The notes under the pieces were generated by a model that had not been told where the DNA came from, made no database searches, and was given only the letters and a program-made list of their open reading frames with translations. Shown here in pieces: positions 1 to 12,037 of a DNA stretch of 64,000 bases. This stretch comes from Heptranchias perlo (taxonomy: Eukaryota), in contig NC_090336.1 of assembly GCF_035084215.1 (NCBI RefSeq), positions 56,482,001-56,546,000 on the forward strand, written 5' to 3'. The position numbers were made by a program, and so were the translations under genes. Numbering within the stretch: the first letter of the stretch is position 1; every line of letters starts with the position of its first letter.

Positions 1-183
1 CTCCGAGGATAAGCTGAGCTCTCCGAGGATAAGCTGAGCTCTCCGAGGATAAGCTGAGCTCTCCGAGGATAAGCTGAGCTCTCCGAGGATAAGCTGAGCT
101 CTCCGAGGATAAGCTGAGCTCTCCGAGGATAAGCTGAGCTCTCCGAGGATAAGCTGAGCTCTCCGAGGATAAGCTGAGCTCTC
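1..183. repeat. 20-bp tandem repeat (CTCCGAGGATAAGCTGAGCT)n, about 9 copies, truncated by window start
   Basis: Exact 20-bp period read directly. Confidence 0.97.
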
Positions 184-292
184 ATGAGAGTAGGAAGAGT
201 GCTGAGAACAAGATGGCCTCTGAGAATAAGGCAAGTGCTGAGTATAAGCTGAGCTCCCCGAGACAGGCACTGGGAGCACTGAGGGGGAAGAC

Positions 293-642
293 GGCCACTG
301 GGAGAAGTGGCGGGAGGCGGGCACTGGGAGAAGTGGCGGGAGGCGGGCACTGGGAGAAGTGGCGGGAGGCGGGCACTGGGAGAAGTGGCGGGAGGCGGGC
401 ACTGGGAGAAGTGGCGGGAGGCCGGCACTGGGAGAAGTGGCGGGAGGCGGGCACTGGGAGAAGTGGCGGGAGGCCGGCACTGGGAGAAGTGGCGGGAGGC
501 GGGCACTGGGAGAAGTGGCGGGAGGCGGGCACTGGGAGAAGTGGCGGGAGGCGGGCACTGGGAGAAGTGGCGGGAGGCGGGCACTGGGAGAAGTGGCGGG
601 AGGCCGGCACTGGGAGAAGTGGCGGGAGGCGGGCACTGGGAG
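293..642 (+). repeat. 26-bp G-rich minisatellite (GGCACTGGGAGAAGTGGCGGGAGGCG)n, about 13 copies
   Basis: Direct periodicity with G/C variant units; explains the repetitive ORFs at 182-925. Confidence 0.95.
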
Positions 643-984
643 CATGGGAGGGTGTGAGACGGGGGCACTGGGAGCGCGGGGGGTGGGGGGGTGGAGACAG
701 GCACTGGGAGCACTGAGGAGGAGATTGGGCTGGAACTATAGAGCGGGGAGAAGGGACTGCAAGTACTGAGGACAAAGATGAGGCCAGGGAAGGAGTGGGG
801 TGTGAGAAAGCAGTGCAAGAAACTGGAGTGGCCAGATCCAGGGATAGAGCGCAGATACTGGCCATAGCACAATAGACTGTGCTGACAGAGCATAGCACGG
901 TCAGCAGTACTATGGAGAAGGACAAGCGTCAAGCAGAAGGCAGAAAACATTGCACAGCTGTGAAGACATGTTTGCATGGACATA

Positions 985-1312
985 GGAACATAAGAAATAG
1001 GAGTAGGAGTAGGCCATTTGGCCCTTCGAGCCTGCTCCACCATTAAATGAGAGCATGGCTGATCTGATTCTGGCCTCAACTCCCCATATCCTTTGACTCC
1101 CTTACTGATCAAAAATTTGTCTAACTCAGCCTTCACTGCTCTTTGGGGCAAAGAATTCCAAAGGTTCACAACCCTCTGAGAGAAGAAATTCCTCCTCATC
1201 ATCTTAACTGGGCAACCCCTTATCCTGAGACTATGTCCCCTAATTCTAGATTCCCCTATGAGGGGAAACATCCTCTCAGCATTTACCCTGTCAAGCCCCA
1301 TCAGAATCTTAT
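985..1312 (-). mobile_element. CR1 LINE 3' fragment
   Basis: CR1-type tail (gaacataagaaatagga) and degenerate RT C-terminal sequence matching other CR1 copies in the window. Confidence 0.85.
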
Positions 1313-1942
1313 ATGTAGGGAATATATGTGGAGAATGGGTCAGAGGTACTGGAGTTAAAGGCAACAGCTTCAATGAAACTGCAAGCGCTGCATCTCTTGG
1401 GAGGGGCAAAAGCTTGAAGCCCTGGAGCAAGATATTTTGTTTGTGCCAATAGATCTTGGGCTGAGCAGGCAGACAAATGAGCAGGTTGGACAAGAAGCAC
1501 TTGAGGCACACGAACAGGTGAGCCAACGAGCATCTGAAGGGGAGGTGGAGCAAGCATGCCCAGAAGCACAAGGGCTGCTGGGCTTTGACTCACTGCATTC
1601 TACTGTACTTACCAACCATATTAGCAGTGGAATGTTCAGCAACACACAACCTAGCAATAGTGGTGGAGAGCAGTGGCAGGTGGGCAGGACCAACCTAGGT
1701 GGACGGTGAATGACTCTCGGCGGGGTAGAGCGGGCCAGGTCGGGCTAGAAAGGATCCTTGGAGGGCCATGTCGGGCTGCTGAAGGAAGCGCGGGGGGCTC
1801 CGGTCATCAGAACTTCCAATAGAGGCAGCAAAGCCAAACTAAAAGAGGGCTTGCTGTGATCGACATGCGCTGCAGCCAAATCAGGAGGAACTACGGCATC
1901 AGCAGAAACATATGGGCAACACAGCCCAACCTCATTATTCAA

Positions 1943-2152
1943 GAAATAAAAACAGAAAATGATGGAAAAGCTCAGCAAGTGAGGCAGCATCTGTGGAGAA
2001 AGAAACAGAGTTAACGTTTCAGGTCGAAGGCCTTTCGTCAGAACTGAAACGTTAACTCTATTTCTTTCTCCACAGCTGCTGCCTCACTTGCTAAGTATTT
2101 CCAGCATTTTCTGTTTTTATTTCAGATTTCCAGCATCTGCAGTATTTTGCTT
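1943..2152. mobile_element. Penelope-like element remnant (inverted terminal-repeat palindrome)
   Basis: Arms of about 75 bp in inverted orientation around gtcgaaggcctttcgtcagaa; same repeat family adjoins a PLE-like ORF start at 46.5-46.96 kb. Confidence 0.75.
2009..2045 (-). ncRNA. Minimal type I hammerhead-ribozyme-like motif
   Basis: Minus strand reads AGUU-CUGACGA-A-AGGCCUUCGACCU-GAAACGUU-AACU: stem I, CUGANGA core, stem II, GAAA, palindromic AACGUU stem III. Confidence 0.55.
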
Positions 2153-2714
2153 CTCGTTATTCAAACTTTAGTCAAGTACGCCAAGTATAGCCATCGGCTC
2201 CTGACACAAGAATAGGCAACGACACAAAACCCTTTTACAAGCTGGTACAGAAAACTCTTATGAGTAAGAATGAGCATTTTATTCTGAATGATTTCTTTTT
2301 TTGCATTGCTTTCTTATGCTATTAATGTTACTTACATGAATATATTTTCAGCCAGCTGAAAAATCAAGATGGCGACTCAAACTAAGTTCACAAATCTTTT
2401 GAACAACTTGATTGGTCAGCTTTCTGCTGCTTTTAATTTGTTTCTGTTTACTCAATCAAATATTTGATTTGTAACTTCACTTCACAGAGTCACAAAATCT
2501 TGCCCTACGTGACAGTTAACTGTTGAACCCATGCATCAGCTTGTCAGCGTTTTACAAGAAAGATCAATTTTTTTTCCCCACTGTAATTAGAAATTGTTCA
2601 CATCAACCAACTGATCAGATCATTCAGAAAGTGGAACCTGTCAGAGCCACATGGGTTAGAGGGCAGGACTGGAACCAGACGTTACTTTTTCCCATTGTTT
2701 GTTTCGCACAAACC

Positions 2715-3430
2715 TACAATCATACAGCACAGAAGGAGGCCATTCGGCCCATTGCATCTGTGCCGGCTCTTTGAAAGGGCTATCCAGTTAGTCCCACTCC
2801 CCTGCTCTTTCCCCACAGCCCTGCAAATTTTTCCCCTTCAAGTATTTATCCAGTTCCCTTTTGAAAGTTATTATTAAATCTGCTTCCACCACCCTTTCAG
2901 GCAGTACATTCCAGATCATAACAACTCGCTGCGTAAAAAAATTTCTCCTCATCTCGCCTCTGGTTCTTTTGCCAATTACCTTAAATCTGTGTCCTCTGTT
3001 TACTGACTGTTTTGCCACTGGAAACAGTTTCTCCTTATTTACTCTATCAAAGCCGTTCATGATTTTGAACACCTCTATCAAATCTCCCCTTAACCTTCTC
3101 TGCTCTAAGGAGAACAACCCCAGCTTCTCTTGCCTCTTCATGTAACTGAAGTCCCGCATCCCTGGTACCATTCTAGTAAATCTCCTCTGCACCCTCTCTA
3201 AGGCCTGGACATCCTTTCTAAAGTGTGGTGCCCAGAATTGGACACAATACTCCAGCTGGGGCCTAACCAGTGTTTTATAAAGGTTTAGCATAACTTCCTT
3301 GCTTTTGTACTCTAGGCCTTTGTTGATAAAACCAAGGATCCTATATGCTTTTTTAACAGCCTTCTCAACGTCCTACCACCACCTCCAAAGATTTGTGTAC
3401 CCTCTTTAAAATTGTACCATTTAGTTTATA
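2715..3430 (-). mobile_element. CR1 LINE 3' fragment (ORF2 C-terminus 3291-2788)
   Basis: LYKTLVRPQLEYCVQFW...RNFFTQRVV..WN motifs plus CR1 3' UTR. Confidence 0.92.
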
Positions 3431-5699
3431 CTTGTACAATCATTTGTATAATTTGTACATGAGGCAGAAAAATTTAAAATGAGCTGATGTTTTCTGCCAG
3501 TCCCAGTTATATGTGCATTTATTTGGTGCTTGTATAACAAGCTGCTAAAATACAGCTTCTAAAAGCTTTTTATTTTCCTCAAAAGGAACTTTCTGTGGTA
3601 TGCCTTTTGTCTTATGTGAAGGCTTATTTCCTTCAATACTGGCTGCAGCTTCTTTTTTGAGATGAGGTGGATGCTCCCTGGTGTGAATGCATTAACTGGG
3701 TTAATTTGGCAATTCCTGTTACTGTAATTGTGGGATTGCCAAGGTTTGGAACTAAAATAGGGACTGGGTTTGGAGAGAGGATGTGTTTTACTTCTTTGAA
3801 AAGTTAGGCTGAGAATCACACTCAGAATTACAGTAGGCTCCAGAGCACCAATAAATGTACCAAATCAGGTGTCAAAGGCCAAGATTCAGAGGAGGGCATG
3901 CTCCGCCCTCAACACTCACACCTCCCTTCAATTATTTCTAAGTCACCACTACTGCTAACTATGCTTTGGTTTGCTGCGATACCAGCGATGAAATGTTGGG
4001 TGTACAAGGAATTATGCAAAACCCATGTCCCACTGCACTTTCAGACTAACTCTTTGTCTTTTCGTGTCATAGGTCTATTTTCAGAGCTGTTTTTGAGCTG
4101 TCTGCTTTTTGGGGGCTGTGTCAGTATTTTTGACACTATTGGCTCGCTCTTGCTAGTTTTCTGAGTTGGCATGTATGTGTGTGACAGAGAGAGGTACACC
4201 ACGAGAGCTTTCTCTTCACCCTGCTTATATAAAGTTACAATATCCAGAGTGCGCTCGGACAATCAACGTCACCTGGCAACTATATTTTTAAAGAAAAGTA
4301 CCAGGTAATTCGAGGTCCTGTGGAGAAATTCTGGGCATGCAAGAGAGAGAATGAGACATGCATCATGCAAGCGGAAGCTTTCATTCTGCAACTCCAATAC
4401 CAGGGAGTATATTATGACCTAGGCAGGAAATTTGCAAATCAGTGCAGCAAGCAGTGGATTTTTAAAATTTTAAAATTATAATTTGAATAAAAAAATCTGG
4501 GCTAACGGTGTTGTTTGGGATGAAGTTTTTTTGTGTTGATGAAGGGGACTTAAGCTTACATCTTATATTCTTTTGTGCATATTATAGGAATCTGGGGCAT
4601 AATAATCCCATTTTCATGAATAGTCTAAGATTAAACAAGGGCACAAGGATGGAAAAACTACTGGCAGCAGCATGGCAGGTATATCCAAATCAGGATCACT
4701 TGGGATATGAGCTGATTATAATAGAGGCTTAAAAAGCACCAAAATGCCATGAGGAACGGTCTCTTACTAGAGACTCTGAAGTATAGCTGCAGAAACCTAG
4801 ATCCTGAAGAAAATGTATCCAACTTTTGGTCAAGGGCACCTATTCATTGAAACAAGTCCCCATGTTCATCAGCCTGGAGCGTCTCAAGACTCCATGCTCA
4901 GAAAAGCCACAGATGGAGCCACTGGAGCAGCTGTATAAAACAAACGGAAAAATAAACACCTGCCACGTTTCCAAATGACTCTCATGAGTGCATTATTGGG
5001 ACCAGTTAACATTTGCAAAAATAAATTATTAATGAATCCCGACGGGATAAAGAAATGTACTGATATAAGAGTCGTCAGTTATTGCCATGTGCAGGAAACA
5101 ATCATAGAATGATACAGCACAGAAGGAGGCCATTCGGCCCATCGTGCCTGTGCCGGCCCTTTGAAGAGCTATCCAATTAGTTCCACTCTCCTACTCTTTC
5201 CCCATAGCCCTGCAAATTTTTCATTTCCCCTAAAAAGAGGGGCCGCTGCGGATTATTTTTAGAGTAACTTTTAAACGCCATAGCCTAGATTTTCCGATTG
5301 GCATTATTTTAATACCATTGGGTATTAAAATAATGCTAATTAGAAAATCTCGGCTCCTGGACCCAATTCACAAATCCTTTCCTGATGTGCTTTAATTTCA
5401 GATTTTTAAATTTAATATATATATATAAATGAAAATTTTATTATATTTTTCTGGAAACAAAATCAACATTACATTATTGTATAAAACTGCACTTTAGCAA
5501 ATCATGACAGAATAAACAGAACAGCTGGCACACAACAGCAAATATCCCAGGGAGAAAAAAAGAGAACAATAAAACATCTTAAGCTCCAGGGAATTATGGT
5601 AAGTAATTAAATGCAATGAACATGTTTGCACAACACATGATCTATTTACTGATCCAAAATCTAACAACAGATCTGGTGCCGTAACCAATTAAAAGGATG

Positions 5700-6015
5700 T
5701 CTCCCAGCAACTCAACAAGGCTTCTTCATGAGCACCTCCCAAACCCGCGCCCTCCACCATCTGGAAGGACAAGGACAGCAGGTACGTGGGAACACCATCA
5801 CCTCCCAAGTTCCCCTCCAAGTCACACACCATCCCGACTTGGCCATTCCTTCATCGTCGCTGAGTCAAAATCCTAGAGCTCCCCACCTAACAGCACTGTG
5901 GGAGAACCTTCACCACACAGATTGCAGCGGTTCAAGATGCCCTTCTTGAGGGCAACTAGGGATGGGCAATAAAATCCAGCCCTGCCAGCGACGCCCATCT
6001 CCTGAGAATGACTCT
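5700..6015 (+). mobile_element. 3' end of a second, divergent CR1-group LINE family
   Basis: Homologous to 40430-41015 (cacctcccaaac...gggcaataaa...gacgcccat). Confidence 0.75.
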
Positions 6016-7205
6016 TTTTTTAATTAAAGAGTTGGTTGCCAGTCGCCATATTTTATCCCAGCTTGCTGCATGATATCTGAGATGGGACAGGCAATGAAAT
6101 CTTGTAAGCAAGTGGACCATTCCGCTGCAGGGTGGGAAGGGAGAAACAAGGAATGGACTGAGGTTTTTCAGCTCATTTTAGTTGAACACTTCCTCTGACA
6201 TCTTATATGAGCAACTGAATTGTTTTAATAAGAATTAAAACAGGTTTATGATACCTACATTCAGTGAAACTACTGCTGAATGAGCTTGACAACAACAGCC
6301 TCATCCATACCTGAAGCCATAGGATGTATATGGGAACCTGCAGCTTATTGATTGAAAGCCATGCATACCCCAATTACGTGCTGAGCAGAGTACAGCATGC
6401 CGCAAATCCCCAAGAGGACTGGATCGCAGAACATGCCACATTTAGTGCATAAAAAACATGCCTTCAGTTTACTGAAATCCCCTGTTTTTTTTCCCTCAGC
6501 GTTGATTACTTTCGTCCTGCTCACCTTGAAGTTGGCTAGTTGGTTCAAGCTTCCATCCTTGTCCTCAAACGACAAACTAATATGACCTTTGCAATTATTC
6601 CAAAACAGCCTCATCACTGAAAGTCAGTGGATATTGCTCCACTATTCACCGCAGCATCTCAACCATTGCAGATGTCAACCCTTACTGGTTTTCTTAAATA
6701 GGTGTATAAAGACTCTACCATGATGTAAATGAAAGACACAACAGGATCCGATGATATTAGAACTTTGGGCCTGATATTATAATGCACTTGCGATTTTGTT
6801 GCTTGTGTTGTTTGGTTGTGTCCACTTATTGTACAATTACTGTACCCAGCAGATTCTGTTGTGAATCCTCTATTAATGCGTATTAAGGAAAAATACAAAT
6901 AAACATTGCCTATTAATTAGTAGTTTAGTAAAACTAGTAAAGAAATCTCCAAAATTATACCAAGAAATTACTTTAAAGATCAAACCTACAATCATAACCT
7001 TTTTAAGAACATAGTGATCCAAACTACAGTCCATAAACCCAATGCGGCCTACGACCTTAGCCATACGGCCCTGGAAGGCCCAATCAGTAACTGTCCTACA
7101 GTCCACTCCTGAATTGGAGCAAGTTTGATCAGTAATGACTGTTTAGTTAAGTATTTAGTTCGGGGTAGGAAATATTTTTACATGCGTTTAATTACATAAA
7201 ATATC

Positions 7206-8383
7206 GGGCCAGAAATTACTCACCTGAGGACACCGCTCCATAATGGCGTCCTCTCCAACTGCCGGCGAATCCATCGTGCAAGTTCACAAATGCGCACATG
7301 TGCAGTAAAACCCTGAAATCGCAAACTTGCTCCCATTGGTTCGCCGGTGGTTTGACAATTACGAATTAAAGGGCCACCGATGCTACAATCCAGTAAAATC
7401 AGGAAACATTCATAAACTTACCCATCTGCCCAGCTAGAATGAAGATACTTGCACCACCAAAAGGTACGCTGGAAAATACCAGCCCTACACTACTTTTTAA
7501 AAGCGTGTTGACTGTTAATTACTGTGAAACAACAAAAAAATTAATTTTAAAAATGTAGAATGTTAAATTACTCTTATTTTAATAATTTTTGATAATTAAA
7601 AAAATTTTTTAAAGTTAATTTTTTTTTAAATGTCTAACTTTTAACTTCTGTAAGTTTCACCAAATTAAATCATTTGCTTGGCTTTTTATAGTAAGGAATG
7701 TTAAATTTTTATTCACACTAACAGAGAATTTCACTTGGAATGAATGAGTTTTATTTGCTGACTTGTGGGCGTGAATTCTCTTCTTGACCGAGTCTGCGGG
7801 CGGGGCTTCCATTCCCACCCAGTCTGTCGGGCGGGGCTTCCATTCCCACCCAGTCTGCGGGCGGGGCTTCCATTCCCACCCAGTCTGCGGGCGGGGCTTC
7901 CATTCCCACCCAGTCTGCGGGCGGGGCTTCCATTCCCACCCAGTCTGCGGGCGGGGCTTCCATTCCCACCCAGTCTGCGGGCGGGGCTTCCATTCCCACC
8001 CAGTCTGCGGGCGGGGCTTCCATTCCCACCCAGTCTGCGGGCGGGGCTTCCATTCTCACCCAGTCTGCCGGGCGGGGCTTCCATTCCCACCCAGTCTGCG
8101 GGCGGGGCTTCCATTCCCACCCAGTCTGCGGGCGGGGCTTCCATTCCCACCAAGTCTGTCGGTGCGGGGCTTCCATTCCCACCCAGTCTGCGGGCGGGGC
8201 TTCCATTCCCACCGAGTCTGTCGGTGCGCAGGAAGGTGCGTTTATAGCACAGCATTGAACTGAGAAAAAATTTTAAATGGAGCAACTGGACGTCGGAGAC
8301 CACGAGGTAGGTACTTTTAATGGTCTTTGTCCACAGGATGTGTGGACAGTCTTGCCACGCCGGTCGGAGCAAGTTCTGACCCC
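7206..8383. mobile_element. Non-autonomous TIR element (Harbinger-like MITE) carrying an internal minisatellite
   Basis: Termini GGGCCAGAAATTACT / AGCAAGTTCTGACCC are imperfect inverted repeats; internal blocks shared with 25023-25772 and 31109-31868. Confidence 0.65.
7787..8228. repeat. 30-bp minisatellite (GCGGGGCTTCCATTCCCACCCAGTCTGCGG)n, about 14 copies
   Basis: Direct periodicity; explains the four repetitive ORFs at 7731-8372. Confidence 0.95.
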
Positions 8384-8550
8384 TTACTTTTATTTCAAGT
8401 CTAATTTACCTGTTGGGGGGTGGGGGATGCAAAAAGTGCTTTCATATGTTTTCCTTGAATTTTATATTGGAATTCTTTCTATATGGCCCACAGGGTTTCA
8501 TGGTACGCAACTAAGTTTGGACTCCTCTGTGTTAGAGAGAGTCGCAATTA

Positions 8551-8715
8551 TAGTGAAACCTATACAAAGAGACGCCTCCAAAAAAAACACCCATTGACAG
8601 TCTCAAATAATTTACTGTACATACAATGACCATTTTGAAAATAGGGACACCTGCAAATAAAGGACACCTTATGCAAATTCTGTAACTAGGTGTCCCTAAT
8701 TCACAGGTTTCATTG
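8551..8715. mobile_element. Tc1/mariner-pogo (Tigger-like) MITE
   Basis: TA|TAGTGAAACCT ... AGGTTTCATTG|TA inverted termini with TA flanks; repeated internal GGACACC motifs. Confidence 0.65.
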
Positions 8716-8888
8716 TATATTCATATTTCACAACTATCTTTTCTGAGTGAATTCAGTGTTTCCTAACACCATTTTATGTTTACAGTTTTTGTTTTGGTAT
8801 TTGGAATTTATTGACTGCTGTTATTTCAGTCACGTAGCCCTTATTGGCAATATCTTATCAAAAAAGGATTCAAGGATGAGGTTCCTAC

Positions 8889-9092
8889 CGTTTGCTGCAA
8901 GTCAGGAATGACGATTCTGATGACCAGTGTATTGCTCTGTATGTCATCCATCTTGGCGATGGGCTTCTCTGTTGTTGCCCTGATGGTGTCATAGATTGTT
9001 TCTTCTTTGGAGCTGTCAGATTCAGATTCAACAGAATAATCAGAAATGCTCTGTGCCATCTCATCTTCACTTGATGTTGGACTTCGAGGCAT
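8889..9092 (-). CDS. SHANK2: SH3 and multiple ankyrin repeat domains protein 2 (long Shank2E-type N-terminus), first coding exon, 68 codons
   Basis: MPRSPTSSEDEMAQSISDYSVESESDSSKEETIYDTIRAT...NTLVIRIVIPDLQQT matches the vertebrate SHANK2 N-terminus as I recall it; phase-0 donor ACG|gtagga after 8889; acceptor ttttattcccttggtag puts the exon start at 9117. The next exon was not found in 1-8888. Confidence 0.93.
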
Positions 9093-9451
9093 GCTGTGCT
9101 TATCTTATATTGTAGAGCTACCAAGGGAATAAAATAGAATGAGCACAGATATAATCTTATAACAGAATATTACAGAGAAGATTCACGTGGCACAGGGGGA
9201 AAAAATGAAGATTACTAAAGGAGGGCAGGATTGTATCGATGTTTAAAAAAAAATTGGGGTGCGTTTAACATTGGCCAAAATAGTCACTGCTAGGGCGCAA
9301 AACGCTTCCTTATTTTTGGCACCTTATCAACATCAAGTACTCCCAAGTCAATAAAGAATGGGTTAGATATGGAGTAAAGCTCCCTTACTCCACCTTAATG
9401 ATGTGCCAGGAAAAGTATTTCCCATTTTTGTCTCCTACCTTTCAGGAGTAG

Positions 9452-9665
9452 GTGTCAGCCTTGGCTCAGTGGTAGCACTCATGCCTTGAATCAGAAGATC
9501 ATGGGTTCAATGCCCCTCCAGACATTTGAGCACATAATCCAGGTTGATGCTTCAATGCAGTACTGAGGGATTGCTGCATTGTCGGAGGTGCCATCTTTTG
9601 GCTGAGATGATAAACCGTGTCCACATCTGCGCTCTAAGAGGGATGGTAAAGATCCCATGGCACAA
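9452..9665 (+). mobile_element. Deu-domain tRNA-derived SINE (SacSINE1-like), 5' part
   Basis: A box tggctcagtgg, B box gggttcaatgccc, central aaagatcccatggcac motif. Confidence 0.8.
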
Positions 9666-10499
9666 CTCTACCATGCTCTCAATTATCGATTTTCATATTC
9701 AGTATAAATATTTTATTTAAACCTGGCTGGGAAATGTAGTAGAGAAGTATCTTCAACTGAAAGTTAATCATTTTAAAAGTTAAAAGTAAAAATAAAGTTG
9801 AGGTCTGTAACTATGCATTGAAAGGTACTGTTACGATTCTCTTTGTAGCATCTTGTGGATTAAAGGTATCCGATAAAGAAATATTTTTAACACTGATCAT
9901 AATGCCACTACAGAACAACGGATGCACCTTTCTGATTATCCAGCTGGGTTTTTGTGGGACAAACCTACGTGCGAGTCGTTTGCCTCATTGCACAACTCAC
10001 TAAATCCTATCCCCTCCAGTCTAATACAGGTCAACCTCACAGATCAAGGAGGGTTAAATTCAGTTTATGTTATTTGTGTTCTGCCTGCCTTCGTTCACAT
10101 GTCTAGTGTTTTACCGTACCAGACCAAAAGGTGGAGATTCTCAATTATCCACCAGTTTTCATTATTCACCAGAAGGGATCTGCTCGGTTGGAATGGATCA
10201 TGTGGTTTTCACACATTCTGATGACTTGGATATTGTACTTCAAAATTCCATTGAGGACAGTCAGATCCATCTGAAGTTGCCCTCACAAAATCCTCATTTT
10301 GCATTTAACAAGATATCCCGCATTCGCTCTTTCCAGGATGTCTCTCATGAAAGTGAACCGTTCTCTTCAACTAGACCTCAGCACACTACATGACACAGGC
10401 AGTGTCTTTTGAAAGCTTCTAAGTAGCAGAGGAAAATTACATAAGTTTCTATGATATGGACATTGTAAATGGTTCCCCTTCCTCAGGAACCATCCCTCC

Positions 10500-11345
10500 C
10501 ACTTTTAATATGCTTTAACACCATCCCCCCCCTTCAAAGAAACCCACTGTGACCCAACCGTCCTCCCCAACTGCAGCCCCGTCTTTAGCTCCCCTTTTTG
10601 CTTTAAAATTCCTGAATGGGTCAATGTCCCCCAGCTCAATGCCCATTGCTCTCAAAACTCCCTGTTTGAATCCCTCCAGTATGATTTCTGCCCTGTGCAC
10701 AGCTCCGAGACTGCCCTGGTCAAAGTCACGAGTGACATCCTCTGTGACTGTGACTGTGCTCCGTTGTACTTCCTTGCCCTCTCTGCAGCATTTGAAGCAT
10801 GTTATCCTCCTCCTCTGCCAGATGTCCAGCTTTGTGGGAGTGCACTAATGTGGTTCCACTCAATTTCCTAACTCACTATAAACTCCACTCCCCAGCTATT
10901 GATTTAATTCTCCTCTCCGGCCATTCACTCAGTCTGAACCCGACCACGCAAAATCCATCTTGATCCTCATCCGAGCTTGAAACGCTATGTTATATCCATC
11001 GTCAAGTTGAGCAAACGACCTCAGCCCCTCCACTGGTGAATCCCTCTCCATGCATTTGTCACCTCTGAAATCAATTATTCGAATACCACCCTTTCCGGCC
11101 TCCCGTTCCGCACCTTCCATCATCCATCCTCATTTTCAAATCCATCCATGGCCTTGCCCCACCCTATTGCAGCAACCTTTTCCAGCCTTATAGTCCTCTC
11201 TGCCACACCCTTCTACCTAACAGCTCCAGCCAAACGCTCGTTTCCCCCTCCCAGCCTTCAGCTACCTTGATCCCACTCTGTTTCCCTAAACCTCTTTGTT
11301 TCTCCATTATCTCTCTGCTCCTTGAAAAGCCTTTTAAAACTTGGT
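10500..11345 (+). mobile_element. Degenerate L2 LINE fragment
   Basis: ETALVKVT..ILCDCD-like RT remnant and L2-type pyrimidine-rich 3' region similar to 32.6, 54.3 and 63 kb copies. Confidence 0.65.
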
Positions 11346-11374
11346 TACAGTCACAATGTAGTGGCTTTGGTACT

Positions 11375-12037
11375 GGGAATTAGGAAAGCAAATAGCATGT
11401 TGGTCTTTGTTGCAAGGGGGTTAGATTACAAGAATAAGGAAGTCTTACTACCATTGTACATGGCTTTAGTGAGACATCACCTGGAGTACTGTGTACAGTT
11501 TTGGTCTCCTCATCTAAGGGAGGATATACTTGCCTTGGAGACGATGCAACGAAGGTTCACTCGATTAATTCCTGGGATGAGAGGGTTGTCCTATGAGGAG
11601 AGATTAAGTAGAATGGGCCTATACTCTCTGGAGTTCAGAAGAATGAGAGGTGATCTCATTGAAATATATAAGATTATGAGGGGGCTTGAAAGGGTAGATG
11701 CTGAGAAATTGTTTCCCCTGGCTAGAGAGTCTAGAACTAGGGAGCACAGTCGCAGGATAAGGGGGCGGCCATTCAAGACTGAGATGAGGAGGAATTTCTT
11801 CACTCAGAGGGTTGTGAATCTTTGGAATTCTCTACCCCAGAGGGCTGTGGATGCTGAGTCGTTGAATATATTCAAAGCTGAGATGGATAGATTTTTGGAC
11901 TCTAGGGGAACCAAGGGATATGGGGATTGGGTGGGAAAGTGGAGTTGAGGTCGAAAACCAGCCATGATCTTATTGAATGGCGAAGCAGGCTTGAGGGGCC
12001 ATATGGCCTACTCCTGATCCTATTTCTTATGTTCTTA
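11375..12037 (+). mobile_element. CR1 LINE 3' fragment
   Basis: ORF 11322-11948 with KANSML...LEYCVQFWSP...RRNFFTQRVVNLWNSLP; tail ttcttatgttcttatg. Confidence 0.92.

Noticed and set aside
1-183. CRISPR-like regular repeat
   Set aside because: No spacers, pure tandem array, eukaryotic context
182-925. Long repetitive ORFs on both strands
   Set aside because: Products of the 26-bp minisatellite; no coding signature
1321-1930. Short ORFs in GC-moderate unique sequence
   Set aside because: No recognisable domain or splice support
4830-4950. Possible minus-strand exon after tttgttttatacag
   Set aside because: No frame resembles the expected next SHANK2 exon and the donor is weak
7731-8372. 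Four overlapping repetitive ORFs
   Set aside because: Products of the 30-bp minisatellite
8841-8888. Tail VGTSSLNPFLIRYCQ of the SHANK2 ORF
   Set aside because: Read-through past the GT donor into the intron
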